From contig OY776562.1 in assembly GCA_963675785.1 (NCBI GenBank), positions 2,496,001 to 2,560,000 of the forward strand: a stretch of DNA of 64,000 nt, in the 5' to 3' direction. The notes below the pieces were generated by a model, which saw only the letters and a program-made list of their open reading frames with translations, was not told where the DNA came from and did no database searches. Made by a program: the position numbers and the translations under genes. Positions 28,250-39,249 of the stretch are shown one piece after another. Position 1 is the stretch's first letter, and every line of letters starts with the position of its first letter. The stretch comes from Anaerolineae bacterium. GTDB taxonomy: Bacteria > Chloroflexota > Anaerolineae > UBA1429.

Positions 28250-28834
28250 ATGAAACACATGAACACACGCTATATCGCCATCGGCGGAGTCATGATCGCC
28301 CTCATTGCTGTCATCACCCTACTGGTGCGCATTCCCATTCCGGCTACAGTCGGCTATCTCAACTTTTCCGATGTCGCCGTCTATTTCAGCGGTCTAGCCT
28401 TTGGCCCAATTATCGGCTTTGTAGCCGGCGGTGTGGGCACAGCCTTGGCCGATATCCTTGGCGGATATGCCATCTTTGCACCGGTCACCCTACTGGCCCA
28501 CGGATTACAGGGCTTGTCCATGGGCTGGTTTGGCCGTAACCGCAAATTCACCAGCATTCTGCTGGGCTGGGTCATCGGCACCCTGCTCATGGTCGCTGCC
28601 TATTACATCGGCGAGACCCTCATGATGGCCTCGGGCATATTAGAGGCCGAGGCGGAGGGCGCCATCACCCTGTGGAAGAGTCCCGCTCTGTTAGAAGTGC
28701 CGGTCAACCTGCTGCAGAACGCCTTTGGCGGCCTGGTGGGCGTGCCCCTTTATTATCTGGTAGTCAAAGCCTACCCGCCGTTGGAACGCATGAGCCGCAG
28801 TGATACCTGGGAAGAGGAAGACGAGTCGCTTTGA
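28250..28834 (+). CDS. ECF transporter S component
   Basis: IPIPATVGYLNFSD, GGVGTALADILGGY; multiple TM helices. Confidence 0.88.
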   Translation: MKHMNTRYIAIGGVMIALIAVITLLVRIPIPATVGYLNFSDVAVYFSGLAFGPIIGFVAGGVGTALADILGGYAIFAPVTLLAHGLQGLSMGWFGRNRKFTSILLGWVIGTLLMVAAYYIGETLMMASGILEAEAEGAITLWKSPALLEVPVNLLQNAFGGLVGVPLYYLVVKAYPPLERMSRSDTWEEEDESL

Positions 28835-29685
28835 TCATCCGCATCAAGGACCTGCGCTATACCTATCCGCATTCGGCGGCAGGCCAGGGGCATGTGCTCG
28901 ACGGTATCAACCTCACCGTCGGGGAAGGCGAGTTTCTGGCCATTATGGGGCCTTCGGGTGCCGGCAAAACCACCCTTTGCCTGGCGCTGAACGGCATTAT
29001 CCCTCATGCCCTAGGCGGCAAGTACGGCGGCCATGTCTTTGTCAATGGGCAAGATATCCGCGGCCGCTCCATCGCCGAGATGGCCCAGGTCGTGGCCATG
29101 GTCTTTCAAAACCCGGAAGGTCAGCTATTCATGGCGACGGTAGAGCAAGAAGTGGCCTTTGGCCCCGAGAACCTGGGGTTAGAGCGCGATGAGATTCGCC
29201 GTCGGGTGGATGCTGCCCTGCAAGTGGTGGGCATGAGCGCGATGGCTCAGCGCTCGCCGCAAAGCCTCTCTGGCGGCGAGATGCAGCGGGTGGCCATTGC
29301 CGCCGCTCTCAGCCTGGAGCCACGCATTCTGGTGCTCGACGAGCCCACTGCCAATCTAGACCCCCTGGGACAGCAAGAAGTGCTGCAGGCTATCGACGCC
29401 TTACGCCAACGTCTGGGCACTGCGGTCATCATGGTCAGCCAAAACAGCGAATGGGTAGCCGAGTTCTCTGAACGCACGGCCATCCTGACGCAAGGGCGCA
29501 TCGCTGCAGTAGGCCCCACACCAGAAATTCTGGCGGATAAGGCCCTGCTCGATTCGGCCCAACTCACCGCACCGCAGGTAACCCAAATCGCCCGTGGCCT
29601 CAACCAGATGATGGGCACGCGTTATGCTTTTTGTCGTTACCGCGAGACCTTGAGTGCACTGAGTCGAAATGGAGGCTCAGCATGA
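28831..29685 (+). CDS. ECF transporter ATPase (EcfA)
   Basis: [26 protein letters not shown]. Confidence 0.92.
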   Translation: MIIRIKDLRYTYPHSAAGQGHVLDGINLTVGEGEFLAIMGPSGAGKTTLCLALNGIIPHALGGKYGGHVFVNGQDIRGRSIAEMAQVVAMVFQNPEGQLFMATVEQEVAFGPENLGLERDEIRRRVDAALQVVGMSAMAQRSPQSLSGGEMQRVAIAAALSLEPRILVLDEPTANLDPLGQQEVLQAIDALRQRLGTAVIMVSQNSEWVAEFSERTAILTQGRIAAVGPTPEILADKALLDSAQLTAPQVTQIARGLNQMMGTRYAFCRYRETLSALSRNGGSA

Positions 29686-30512
29686 GCCCAACTGCCATCC
29701 ATTTCGAGAACGTCTCTCACGCTTATGAAGAGGACACGCCCGCCATTCGCGGCGTCTCCCTGGATATCGCCGCCGGCGCATTGACCTGCATCATCGGCCA
29801 AAACGGCTCTGGCAAGACCACCTTGATCAAGCACATCAATGGCCTGCTACGCCCCAATTCCGGCTCGGTAACCGTGCTGGGCACCGATACCCGTGAACGA
29901 TCCGTTGCCCAAATGGCCCAGCGAGTCAGCTTTTGCTTTCAGAATCCCGACCACCAGCTCTCGCAACCTACCGTGCGCGAGGAAATCTCCTTTGGTCCGC
30001 ACAACCTGGGTCTCGATGAGACGACCATCGCAGAATACACCAACGACGTGATGGCAGAATTGGGTCTGGAATCCTGGAGCGAAATGCCCCCCACCATGCT
30101 CAGCCTGGGACTGCGCAAATTAGTCTGCATTGCCGCAGCCATGGCCATGAATCCCGACATCATGGTGCTGGATGAACCCACCGTCGGGCTGGACCATGGC
30201 ACAGCCCAAAGGGTATTTGCGGTCATCAACACGATGCGCCAGAGGGGCTGTACCGTCGTCTGCGTCACCCACGACATGAACCTGGTGGCCGCCCAGGCCA
30301 CGCAGACTGTCGTCATGCAGGCGGGCAGCATTCTCATTGATGGCCCCACCGCACAGGTGCTAGCCGACGCTGACACATTACGTCAAGCACATGTTACCCC
30401 GCCGCAAACCATGCGGCTGGCCCAAACCCTGCATTTAGCTGGTGATATGCTCTCCGTCGAGGGTTTTTGTGCCGCCTATGCTGCCGACCATGCCGAGGAG
30501 GTTCAAGCGTGA
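29682..30512 (+). CDS. ECF transporter ATPase (EcfA')
   Basis: GQNGSGKT, FQNPD, LDEPT, THD. Confidence 0.92.
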   Translation: MSPTAIHFENVSHAYEEDTPAIRGVSLDIAAGALTCIIGQNGSGKTTLIKHINGLLRPNSGSVTVLGTDTRERSVAQMAQRVSFCFQNPDHQLSQPTVREEISFGPHNLGLDETTIAEYTNDVMAELGLESWSEMPPTMLSLGLRKLVCIAAAMAMNPDIMVLDEPTVGLDHGTAQRVFAVINTMRQRGCTVVCVTHDMNLVAAQATQTVVMQAGSILIDGPTAQVLADADTLRQAHVTPPQTMRLAQTLHLAGDMLSVEGFCAAYAADHAEEVQA

Positions 30513-31315
30513 GCCCCTCTTTCGAGCTCTACCAGCCCGGCGATTCGGCGCTTCACCGACTAGACCCACGAGTCAAGTTCATTTTGACCCTCTGCCTAAT
30601 GTTGGTCGCTCTGACCCAGAGCAGTGCCCTGGCGCTGGCCGTACTCTTGCTGATCGTTCTGGGTTTTTTTGTGAGTGCAAAAATCCAGATGGCGCGCGTC
30701 CGTTGGTTGTGGCGGCTTATTGCCCCCACGCTCATCATGATCGCCGTCTTGTGGATATTGCTCTATCCCTCGGTATCGCCGTTTCTCTCGCTGTGGATTC
30801 TCAAACTGGGCTGGGATAACCTGGCCCAGGCATTGAGCATTCTACTGCGCCTGACAGTCATCGCCCTGGGCACCTTTTTGTGGCTGTTTACAACAAACCA
30901 GGCCGAGCTTGTGCTCAGCCTGGTGTATTTGGGGCTTCCCTATGAGTTTGGCCTGATGCTCTCTATTGCCTTTGAGCAGATCCCTGGCCTATCTCGCACT
31001 TTTGCTACCGTGAAACAGTCCTACATGGCTCGTGCACTAGACCCCGACAAGGGTAGTCTATTCAAGCGCATACACGCCACTTATCCCATTCTCATTGCCA
31101 CCATCATTAGCTCACTGCGTCGCGCCGACGAACTCTCTCATGTGATGCAGGCTCGTGCCATGGGCGCCTCGTCTCGCAGAACGCACCTACACACGCTAAC
31201 TCTCACCTCACCTGATAAATGGTGGCTGGTCACTGGCCTGATCCTCACAGCGGCGCTGCTGGCCGCGAGATGGGGTTGGGGCTTGGGCCAAGGAGCACTC
31301 TGGCCCTTTGGCTGA
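30509..31315 (+). CDS. ECF transporter transmembrane T component
   Basis: LHRLDPRVK and two xARx coupling motifs; GTG start overlapping the upstream stop. Confidence 0.88.
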   Translation: MSPSFELYQPGDSALHRLDPRVKFILTLCLMLVALTQSSALALAVLLLIVLGFFVSAKIQMARVRWLWRLIAPTLIMIAVLWILLYPSVSPFLSLWILKLGWDNLAQALSILLRLTVIALGTFLWLFTTNQAELVLSLVYLGLPYEFGLMLSIAFEQIPGLSRTFATVKQSYMARALDPDKGSLFKRIHATYPILIATIISSLRRADELSHVMQARAMGASSRRTHLHTLTLTSPDKWWLVTGLILTAALLAARWGWGLGQGALWPFG

Positions 31316-31317
31316 GG

Positions 31318-31977
31318 TTATTCGGTCTTGGCAGCCAATGCCTTGCTCTCAGCAGCCCAAAGCATGCCACGGGTGACCATGGTCAGAATTTGCGGGTCTT
31401 GATCGAACACCTGCGCCACATGGCCCAGCGAGCAATAGAACACGCGGCCCTTGCCCCACATCTTGGTCCAGGTAACGGGCATCACCACATCGCCAAAATT
31501 GGTGGTGGCCAGCACCTTGTTGGCCGGGTCTACGTGCATGTAATAATGCTCGGAAACCACCTTGAAATCGTGCAGTCCTTCAACAATGGGGTCATCCACG
31601 TCGCAGATGTTGACCATGTACTCGATACCGTCGTTGCCGGGGTGCGCTACCCACTGACCGCCCACCATGAACTGATAATCGGTAGCTTCGCGGAAGGAAT
31701 CGCCCAGGCCACCGTGTACGCCAGCCAAACCCACACCTGCCTTGATAGCTTCCAACAGGGGTAGCAGCTGTTCTTTCTCAATATAGCCCATAGTCCATTC
31801 GGGAATGATCAGATCTAGCGCCAAAAGCTTGTCCAAATCCAAGAATGAATCAAGTGTATCCGAAATTTCAACTTCAAAGTCGTTGGCTCGCAGTGCGCCA
31901 GCAAGAATATCAGAAACCTGCTTGGGCTCGTGGCCCTGCCAGCCACCCTGAACGATCAATGCCTTTTTCATATCCAT
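31318..31977 (-). CDS. ThuA-like domain protein
   Basis: GGWQGHEP, GVHGG..DSF, GGQWVAHP, SEHYY, GKGRVFYCSLGH. Confidence 0.88.
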   Translation of the reverse strand: MDMKKALIVQGGWQGHEPKQVSDILAGALRANDFEVEISDTLDSFLDLDKLLALDLIIPEWTMGYIEKEQLLPLLEAIKAGVGLAGVHGGLGDSFREATDYQFMVGGQWVAHPGNDGIEYMVNICDVDDPIVEGLHDFKVVSEHYYMHVDPANKVLATTNFGDVVMPVTWTKMWGKGRVFYCSLGHVAQVFDQDPQILTMVTRGMLWAAESKALAAKTE

Positions 31978-32042
31978 CCTCTATTTTCTACTCGTGGTTA
32001 TTGACTTGTTCTAGCATTTGCTAAAGAGAACGTCAAAGAACA

Positions 32043-32066
32043 AGGGCCTGCCAAGAGGCAGGCCCT
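32043..32066 (-). terminator. Hairpin downstream of the first Ogl paralog
   Basis: AGGGCCTGCC-AAGA-GGCAGGCCCT with T-rich tails on both strands. Confidence 0.7.
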
Positions 32067-32080
32067 GTTTTGTGGAAGAA

Positions 32081-33241
32081 CTAGACCTCGTTCTTGGCTG
32101 CTAGAGTTGATCGATCAGGCAGGTCATCCCAATCAGGAATTTCCACCAAGAAAGCCTGACCATAACCCTGCGGATCAGCCGTAAAGGCGATCTGCTTGCC
32201 ATCCGGACTAAAGCAAGGATGTACGTGTACATTCTGGATGTGAAACGAGCCACGGTGCCAGGCCAGAGCCTTGGGACCCTCAAAGACGCCGTCCTTCATA
32301 CGCCACAGCAGTAGATAGGGATTGGCCGCCGTGCCATCACCCACTACCTGATCCAAGAAATAGCTGTGATAGTGCCAAGAGTGATAGGCAAACGGAGCCT
32401 CGACACGGTCGCTGTTGTCATAGTGGATTGAACCGTACATCTCGCCGTCAGGTGTTTTACCATGGTAACCCACGTGCACGCCATCGGGCATCCAATATTC
32501 GTGACCCACCGACTCTTCCGATGTCTGCGGACGCAACGGATAGATCTCGCCTGTGTCCGTATTCAGCACCCACATGCGCTGCTCAACCAAATCCCAAGGA
32601 CCTTCGTGGCAGATGGTCATAATGTTACGTACTTTGGGTGAGGGGTTGAGGTGCCCCAGCCAGTTACGATCCTCGTGAATGACTTCTTGGCCGCTGCCAT
32701 CCATAGCCACCTTGAGAATCTTGGATTGTGGATGGTACTCGAACCATTCACGGAACCCAACGTAACCATGGCCCATATCGGTATAGATGCGGTCCGAAAG
32801 GTCGTCGACCTCAGAAGTAATAAGATACTTGCCATCGGCCGTAACGTTCGTGCCGCCACCGACCCAACCATCTGGCTTTTCATAGATTGTGCGCTCTTCA
32901 AGGGTATTCAGATCCAGTACTTTGATGACCTTACCCTGGCTGAACACAACTTCATCCTTGGCGGGGTTGATCGAAGTTCCGCCGATGCCCAATTCCTTGG
33001 GGTAATCGGTCAGTTGCAAAAGCTCACCTGTCTTGAGATCGACACTATAGAGGTTGGTCGCATTCTCACGATCTGAAGTGATGACCATCTTGGTCGTATT
33101 GGCGTACCAGCAGGGGTTGGTGAAATAAGAATGTCGACTATGTGCATAATAGTCCGTCAGCTGATGTACGGTCGCGCCGGTCATGGGATCCTGATATGTA
33201 TTCCACTCAGCCGGCCAAATCCGCCCTTTGCCACTCGTCAT
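32081..33241 (-). CDS. Oligogalacturonate lyase family (PL22-like beta-propeller), paralog 1
   Basis: DPMTGATVHQLT, YFTN, WLGH, CHEGPW, GHEYW, HVHP.FSPDG. Confidence 0.82.
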   Translation of the reverse strand: MTSGKGRIWPAEWNTYQDPMTGATVHQLTDYYAHSRHSYFTNPCWYANTTKMVITSDRENATNLYSVDLKTGELLQLTDYPKELGIGGTSINPAKDEVVFSQGKVIKVLDLNTLEERTIYEKPDGWVGGGTNVTADGKYLITSEVDDLSDRIYTDMGHGYVGFREWFEYHPQSKILKVAMDGSGQEVIHEDRNWLGHLNPSPKVRNIMTICHEGPWDLVEQRMWVLNTDTGEIYPLRPQTSEESVGHEYWMPDGVHVGYHGKTPDGEMYGSIHYDNSDRVEAPFAYHSWHYHSYFLDQVVGDGTAANPYLLLWRMKDGVFEGPKALAWHRGSFHIQNVHVHPCFSPDGKQIAFTADPQGYGQAFLVEIPDWDDLPDRSTLAAKNEV

Positions 33242-33334
33242 GTTACTCTCCTATTCATACAAGAAATCGCAGACAAAAGCCTAACTCATAATAGGCCCTA
33301 ACTACCGCCCAGCTAACCCAAGTTCGTGCTCAAT

Positions 33335-34477
33335 CTAGAGTGCTGATCTATCAGGCAGGTCATCCCAATCGGGAATATCCACCAAGAAAGCCTGACCATA
33401 GCCCTGCGGATCGGCCGTATAGGCGATCTGCTTGCCGTCGGGGCTAAAGTAAGGATGTACATGCAAATCCTGTACATGGAAAGAGCCACGATGCCAAGCC
33501 AAAGCCTTGGGGCCTTCAAAAACGCCATTCTTCATGCGCCACAACAGTAAGTAAGGGTTATCCGCTGCGCCATCACCCACTACCAGATCCAAAAAGTAGC
33601 TGTGATAGTGCCAAGAATGATAAGCAAATGGAGCCTCGATCTGATCTGTATTGTCATAGAGGATCGAACCATACATCTCGCCGTCAGGTGTTCTGCCATG
33701 GTAGCCAACATGTTCGCCATCGGGCATCCAGTACTCGTGCCCTACCGACTCTTCTGGCGTCTGTGGACGTAGCGGGTAAATATCACCAGTATCCGTGTTT
33801 AGCACCCATATACGCTGTTCAACCAGATCCCAAGGCCCCTCATGGCAAATCGTCATGATATTGGGTAATTTGGGTGAGGTGTTGAGGTGAGTAATCCAGT
33901 TCTTTTCCTCATGAATGATCTCCTGACCGCTGCCATCCATAGCTACCTTGATGATCTTGGAAACTGGATGATACTCGAACCATTCACGGAACCCCACATA
34001 ACCATGGCTCATGTCGGTATGAATGCGATCCGAAAGATCGTCAACCTCGGAAGTGATAACATACTTGCCATCAGCCGTGATATTGGTGCCACCACCTGAC
34101 CAACCATCGGGCTTTTCGTAAATTGTGCGTTCCTCGAGCGTGTGTAGATCTAGCACTTTCATATACTTGCCCTGACCAAACACAAGCTCGTCCTTGACAG
34201 GATTGATGTAGCCGCCACCAGCACCAAACCCCTTGGGATAGTCGGTCAGTTGTAAAAGCTCTCCCGTCTTTAGGTCAACGCTGTACAAGTTAGTCGTGTT
34301 CTCACGATCTGAAGTGATTACTATCTTGGTCGCATTGTCATACCAACAAGGATTGGTAAAATAAGAATTCCGGCTGTTCGCATAATAATCCGTTAATTGA
34401 TGTACGGTTGCACCTGTCTTGGGATCCTCGTAGGTCTTCCACTCTGCCGGCCAGATCCGCCCTTTGCCACCCGTCAT
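33335..34477 (-). CDS. Oligogalacturonate lyase family, paralog 2
   Basis: Same motifs; aligns almost without gaps to paralog 1. Confidence 0.82.
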   Translation of the reverse strand: MTGGKGRIWPAEWKTYEDPKTGATVHQLTDYYANSRNSYFTNPCWYDNATKIVITSDRENTTNLYSVDLKTGELLQLTDYPKGFGAGGGYINPVKDELVFGQGKYMKVLDLHTLEERTIYEKPDGWSGGGTNITADGKYVITSEVDDLSDRIHTDMSHGYVGFREWFEYHPVSKIIKVAMDGSGQEIIHEEKNWITHLNTSPKLPNIMTICHEGPWDLVEQRIWVLNTDTGDIYPLRPQTPEESVGHEYWMPDGEHVGYHGRTPDGEMYGSILYDNTDQIEAPFAYHSWHYHSYFLDLVVGDGAADNPYLLLWRMKNGVFEGPKALAWHRGSFHVQDLHVHPYFSPDGKQIAYTADPQGYGQAFLVDIPDWDDLPDRSAL

Positions 34478-34614
34478 GTTACTCTCCTATTTCTAGCAGT
34501 AAGAACAAGCGCCAGACTAACCGCCCGATAACGCCTTGTCAACACTGCCAATAGAAATACTCTTTAAAAATGGTGATTCTTACCAGAGAAAATCGCCTAG
34601 GTACAAGTACGGAA

Positions 34615-35796
34615 TCAAAGCGCGGTCCGTTCGGGCAGATCGTCCCAATCGGGAATATCGACAAGATATATCTGCCCATAACCCTCTGGGTCTGATGTAT
34701 AGACCACTTGCGGCGCATAGGGGCTACAGCAGGGATGCGCATGCACACGCCCCACATGGAACGAACCGCGATGCCAGGTCAACACGCGCGGTCCCTCGAA
34801 AGAATCACCGCGGAACTTCCACATCAGCAAGTAAGTGTCCTTTGCACTGCCATCGCCCACAATTGTATCCAGGCTCAGGCTGTGAAAGTGAGTCGATCCG
34901 TAAGTGAACGGGGCCTCGACATGCTCGGTATTATCATAGCGAATCGAGCCATACACCGGGCCGTTGGGCGTTCGCCCATGAAAACCAATATGCTCTCCAT
35001 CATGCATCCAATATTCGTGACCAATGGCCTCGTCTGGTGCATTCTCTCGAATAGCCCAGCAGTCCCCTGTATTTATATCCAGACCCCAAATACGATTCTC
35101 GACCACGTTCCAGTTGCCCTCGTGGCAAAAGGTCATGATGTTGGGCAGAGTTGGCGACGGATTGGCATGGCCAAAGTAGTAATCCTCTTCATGTACCACC
35201 TGAGAACCGCTGCCATCCACCGCCACCTTGACGATAGTGGAATGGGGGTGCAATTCCCAAATCATCTGGCGATAGCCAGAGACATCGCCGCCCTTTTTGC
35301 CTATGGCAAAGCGCTGAAATCCGGGGTCATCCGAACGACCCGATACATCTTCAATATGAAAAGTAATGACGTATTTGCCATCGGCAGTGGTTGAAGTAGA
35401 GCCTTTCATATAACCATCCGGCCGCCTGTAGATATCTGTCTCCTGAAGGGTATCCAGGTCAAGTTTTCTCAACATCGGTCCCTGATAGTAATAGACATCG
35501 CGTGTTTTAGTATTGACCGATATTCTATTGCCCAGCTCGCCATCAGCCAGATCCAAATCTGTCAATTGGAGAATCTCGCCCGAGAATAAATCCACGCTAT
35601 AGATGTTATAGCTATTCTCTCGTTCTGATATGAACACCAACTTACGACCCTCGTCATACCAACCAGAATCCGTAAAATAGGGATGGTAATTATGGGCCAT
35701 ATAGCTGGTTAGTTGGTGAACCGTAGCACCGCTCACGCCATCAACAAACGTTTGCTTCTCTGACGGCCAGATCCGCCCCTTGTTTTCACCTTTCAT
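34615..35796 (-). CDS. Oligogalacturonate lyase family, paralog 3 (more divergent)
   Basis: GATVHQLT, FCHEGNW, GHEYW, HAHP; start set to MKGENKG. Confidence 0.8.
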   Translation of the reverse strand: MKGENKGRIWPSEKQTFVDGVSGATVHQLTSYMAHNYHPYFTDSGWYDEGRKLVFISERENSYNIYSVDLFSGEILQLTDLDLADGELGNRISVNTKTRDVYYYQGPMLRKLDLDTLQETDIYRRPDGYMKGSTSTTADGKYVITFHIEDVSGRSDDPGFQRFAIGKKGGDVSGYRQMIWELHPHSTIVKVAVDGSGSQVVHEEDYYFGHANPSPTLPNIMTFCHEGNWNVVENRIWGLDINTGDCWAIRENAPDEAIGHEYWMHDGEHIGFHGRTPNGPVYGSIRYDNTEHVEAPFTYGSTHFHSLSLDTIVGDGSAKDTYLLMWKFRGDSFEGPRVLTWHRGSFHVGRVHAHPCCSPYAPQVVYTSDPEGYGQIYLVDIPDWDDLPERTAL

Positions 35797-35896
35797 CGTG
35801 TCCTCCTCTGCAAACAAAATCCCGGCCAAATTTGGTTGCTAAACCAAGCTTAACCGGGGTCTTTAATTTGTCCAGTGCGTCAATAACCTAGCCGCA

Positions 35897-37438
35897 TCAA
35901 TACCAGATAATGGTACGGGAAGTGCTGGAAGGGCTAAGGGGAGTGCCAATTTCAGCTTCGCTATAGCGCGATACCACTGTCACCTGCCAGAGAAGCTGTT
36001 GCTTCTCATCCTGGGCCGGACGCAATCCCTCGGCAAGCCTTACAGAGGTAGCCTGTGTCCAAATCTCTATCTCTTCTTCTCCGATATCTGACGGCCAAAT
36101 GCGTACCAGGTACCATTCGTAAGGTTCCAAAATGCCGCTAGAAGTCCAGTTGAGCAAGATAGTCGCATCATCACCAGTGAACGCCGCTCCATTTACCGGG
36201 CTCAAAAGATAAGGCTTTGTGTAGACGTAATTGATAGATTCGGAAGCCGCAGGCGTTAGTGTAGGTACTGGCGTTACAGTTGGCATACCCGGCAGCGGCG
36301 TTGCTGTAGGTTCGGGTGTGCGTGTTGCCGCAGTGCCGCCAGCAGGAATAATGATCTCCTGACCGATGGAAAGAACAGAAGTCAAAGTAAGGTTGTTGGC
36401 AGCCAGAATCTCGTCAGCTGACACACCATAGTGAGCAGCGATAGACTCGATGTATTCGCCAGAAACTACCTTATGCACCGTAGCACGCTCTGGTTCTACG
36501 GTAGGTGTTGCTGTTGGCTCAGCCACAGCAACTGTATCCTCATCGTCTGCAGCCAGGGGAATCACCAGTTCCTGCCCAATGCTGAGAATATCGTCCACGT
36601 CGATGCCGTTGGCCGTAGCGATCTCTTGCTGAGTCACGCCATAGGTTCGGGCGATGATCAAAAGGTTTTCACCGGAGATCACCTTATGCACAACGGGCGT
36701 CGCCGTACCGCCCTCAACCGGGATAATCAACTTCTGGCCAATGCTCAAAATGTCATTCACACCCATATCGTTGGCATCGGCAATCTCTTGCTGAGTCACA
36801 CCATACATCTGAGCGATGACCAACAAGTTTTGTCCGGCAGTCACCGTGTGGATCGTTTGAGAAGCAGCTGGCTCTTCTGTTGTTGCCTCGGATACAACCG
36901 TTGCAACAGGTGTTGGCGTCGCCTCGGGTACCTCAGTCGACAGCACTACCTCATCGCCGTTGACCGGTATCTTGAGAATTTGGCCAATAGAAAGCACATC
37001 GTTTTCTGTTAGCCCGTTGATAGAAAAAAGAATGTCTACACTGGTATCAAAACTCTGGGCCACGCTAAGCATGGTATCACCACGAACGACAGAGTATTCG
37101 ATATAGGCCGGGGTTGGCGTCGCAGTCATCGTCGGCGTTAGAGTGGGTGTTGCACTTGCCGTGGCAGTCATCGTCATGGTAGGGGTTGATGAAGGGCCCG
37201 GCACAGACGTATAGCGCTCAGCTACGTTAACCGGCTCATCAGTTTCCAGATTGAGCCAAGCATTTGAGGATAACATAGCGCCCAACAATGCAACAAAAGC
37301 AATGACTAGCGCCAACATTGTCCAACGGCGCGCCCCTTTGGAAGCAGCCAGGTTCAGCTCATCTTCGGGTACCTGATTATCGCTGTCATGTTGATCCTCT
37401 TGGATCGGATCAGGATTTTTATTCTCTACATCACTCAT
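35897..37438 (-). CDS. Membrane-anchored protein with four LysM domains
   Basis: TM helix, Thr/Pro linkers, four H/Y.V..G..L..IA..Y.V...I..AN.....L.IGQ.L.IP repeats. Confidence 0.9.
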   Translation of the reverse strand: MSDVENKNPDPIQEDQHDSDNQVPEDELNLAASKGARRWTMLALVIAFVALLGAMLSSNAWLNLETDEPVNVAERYTSVPGPSSTPTMTMTATASATPTLTPTMTATPTPAYIEYSVVRGDTMLSVAQSFDTSVDILFSINGLTENDVLSIGQILKIPVNGDEVVLSTEVPEATPTPVATVVSEATTEEPAASQTIHTVTAGQNLLVIAQMYGVTQQEIADANDMGVNDILSIGQKLIIPVEGGTATPVVHKVISGENLLIIARTYGVTQQEIATANGIDVDDILSIGQELVIPLAADDEDTVAVAEPTATPTVEPERATVHKVVSGEYIESIAAHYGVSADEILAANNLTLTSVLSIGQEIIIPAGGTAATRTPEPTATPLPGMPTVTPVPTLTPAASESINYVYTKPYLLSPVNGAAFTGDDATILLNWTSSGILEPYEWYLVRIWPSDIGEEEIEIWTQATSVRLAEGLRPAQDEKQQLLWQVTVVSRYSEAEIGTPLSPSSTSRTIIWY

Positions 37439-37452
37439 GTTCTGTCCACAAC

Positions 37453-38016
37453 CTAAGGATTGAGATCCAATTCACCAGCCACCGGCTTGAGCGCTTTTAC
37501 AACAAACATGATGTGCTCACCTAGATCTACGCCCATCTCTTCAGCACCGAGCAGGATGTCCTCCCGGTTAACACCGCGAGCAAACGCCTTATCCTTGAAC
37601 TTTTTTCTGATCGAGCTGAGCTTCATGGTCGAAAGGTCCCTATCCGGGCGTACCAGGGCACAAGCTACAACAAGACCTGATAGTTCATCGACAGCAAAAA
37701 GCGTTTTAGCCATCATTGTTTCTCTAGGAACACCGAGATAGGTGGCGTGTCCCTTGATGGCCTCGATAATATCCTCCGGCCAGTCCATCTCTTGCAGCAT
37801 GGTCGTACCCACAATAGGATGTTCTTCAGCCGTCGGGTGTTCCTCATAATCGAAATCATGGATGAGTCCAGTGACGGCCCAACGCTCTTCATCTTCGCCG
37901 TAATGTCGTGCATAGGCCCGCATCACGGCCTCCACAGCCAGGGCATGCTTGATGAGTTGCGGATTCTTGGTATGCTCGTTTAATAGAACCCAGGCCTCTT
38001 CACGCGTTGGTGTCAC
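37453..38016 (-). CDS. HDIG/HD domain protein
   Basis: KHALAVE, LIHDFDYE, AVDELSG, KDKAFARGV. Confidence 0.9.
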   Translation of the reverse strand: MTPTREEAWVLLNEHTKNPQLIKHALAVEAVMRAYARHYGEDEERWAVTGLIHDFDYEEHPTAEEHPIVGTTMLQEMDWPEDIIEAIKGHATYLGVPRETMMAKTLFAVDELSGLVVACALVRPDRDLSTMKLSSIRKKFKDKAFARGVNREDILLGAEEMGVDLGEHIMFVVKALKPVAGELDLNP

Positions 38017-38036
38017 AATGAAACCTCCAATACCAG

Positions 38037-38753
38037 CTATCGAGATAGCGCCAATTGCTGTACCAGGAACAGCTCGTCCAAGCCCTTTTCCGCCAGAGCC
38101 ATGAACTGATCCAATGCCTCACGAGAAAAGGGTTCGCCCTCTGCCGTTCCCTGCACTTCGATGAAAGCATGTTGATCATTCATCACTACGTTGAAATCCA
38201 CTTGTGCGCGGGAATCTTCGACATAGGCAAGATCGAGCAAAGGTTCGCCTTCTACCAAGCCCACGCTCACGGCCGCCACAGCTGGACCAAAGACATCAGA
38301 CGATACAAGCCCTTTTCCCACCAGTCCTCGCAAAGCGAACATCAGGGCGACATAGCCACCCGTCACTGAAGCAGTACGCGTTCCGCCATCGGCCTGGAGC
38401 ACATCACAATCGATAGTGATGGCATAGCCGTCGAGAGCTGGCAAGCTCACCGCAGCACGCAAGGAGCGGCCGATAAGGCGCTGAATCTCTTGCGTGCGTC
38501 CCGATATCTTGAGCCGTTCTCGATCGTGGCGGGTATTGGTAGCACGAGGAAGCATAGCATATTCAGCCGTCACCCAACCACGCCCACGCCCTTCAAGCCA
38601 GGTGGGGAGAGTTTGGGAGACAGAAGCCGCGCAGAGCACGCGCGTATCACCAAAAGAGATCAGAGCCGATCCCTCAGCATAAGGCTGGTAGCCGGTGATA
38701 ATCTCAATGGGGCGTAGTGCATCGGGGGCTCGTCCGTCAGCCCGCATCATCAT
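38037..38753 (-). CDS. rph: Ribonuclease PH
   Basis: [47 protein letters not shown]. Confidence 0.96.
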   Translation of the reverse strand: MMMRADGRAPDALRPIEIITGYQPYAEGSALISFGDTRVLCAASVSQTLPTWLEGRGRGWVTAEYAMLPRATNTRHDRERLKISGRTQEIQRLIGRSLRAAVSLPALDGYAITIDCDVLQADGGTRTASVTGGYVALMFALRGLVGKGLVSSDVFGPAVAAVSVGLVEGEPLLDLAYVEDSRAQVDFNVVMNDQHAFIEVQGTAEGEPFSREALDQFMALAEKGLDELFLVQQLALSR

Positions 38754-39249
38754 CAACTCCTTTGAAATCAAACTCTGAGGGGCCGGGGGCATAGCCCATC
38801 TCCGTCAAGAGTTCGTCTTGCTTGTGCCACATTTCGTGCTGTTGTTCAGCATCAGGATGGTCATAGCCCAACAAATGCAGGCAGCCATGCACGACTAACA
38901 GAGCCAACTCATCATTAACATGGCGCCCCGCAGCAAGAGCCTGCCGCTGCATCTGCGGTAAAGAAATGACGATATCCCCTAGATTGACAGGCATCCCTTC
39001 GGGCAACACAAAAGGTTCGCCTTCAAAAGATGAAAAGGAAAGGACATCCGTCGGCGCATCAACATCACGATATTTGCGATTGAGTTCTCTAATATGCTCG
39101 TCCAAAGTTACAAGAACACAGAGTTCGGTGTCATCCGGCTGATTGTGGTGCTGCAACACGTGCTCGGCCACAGAAATGATCAAGTCACTCTCTGTTTGGG
39201 CAAGCGTTACGCCATCGCCTTCCAGTACCTGAATCTCATAGGCAGACAT
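38737..39249 (-). CDS. ybeY: rRNA maturation endoribonuclease YbeY
   Basis: [32 protein letters not shown]. Confidence 0.95.
   Translation of the reverse strand: MSAYEIQVLEGDGVTLAQTESDLIISVAEHVLQHHNQPDDTELCVLVTLDEHIRELNRKYRDVDAPTDVLSFSSFEGEPFVLPEGMPVNLGDIVISLPQMQRQALAAGRHVNDELALLVVHGCLHLLGYDHPDAEQQHEMWHKQDELLTEMGYAPGPSEFDFKGVDDDAG

Noticed and set aside
36600-36810. DNA direct repeats ATCTCTTGCTGAGTCAC
   Set aside because: Explained by duplicated LysM domains inside the CDS
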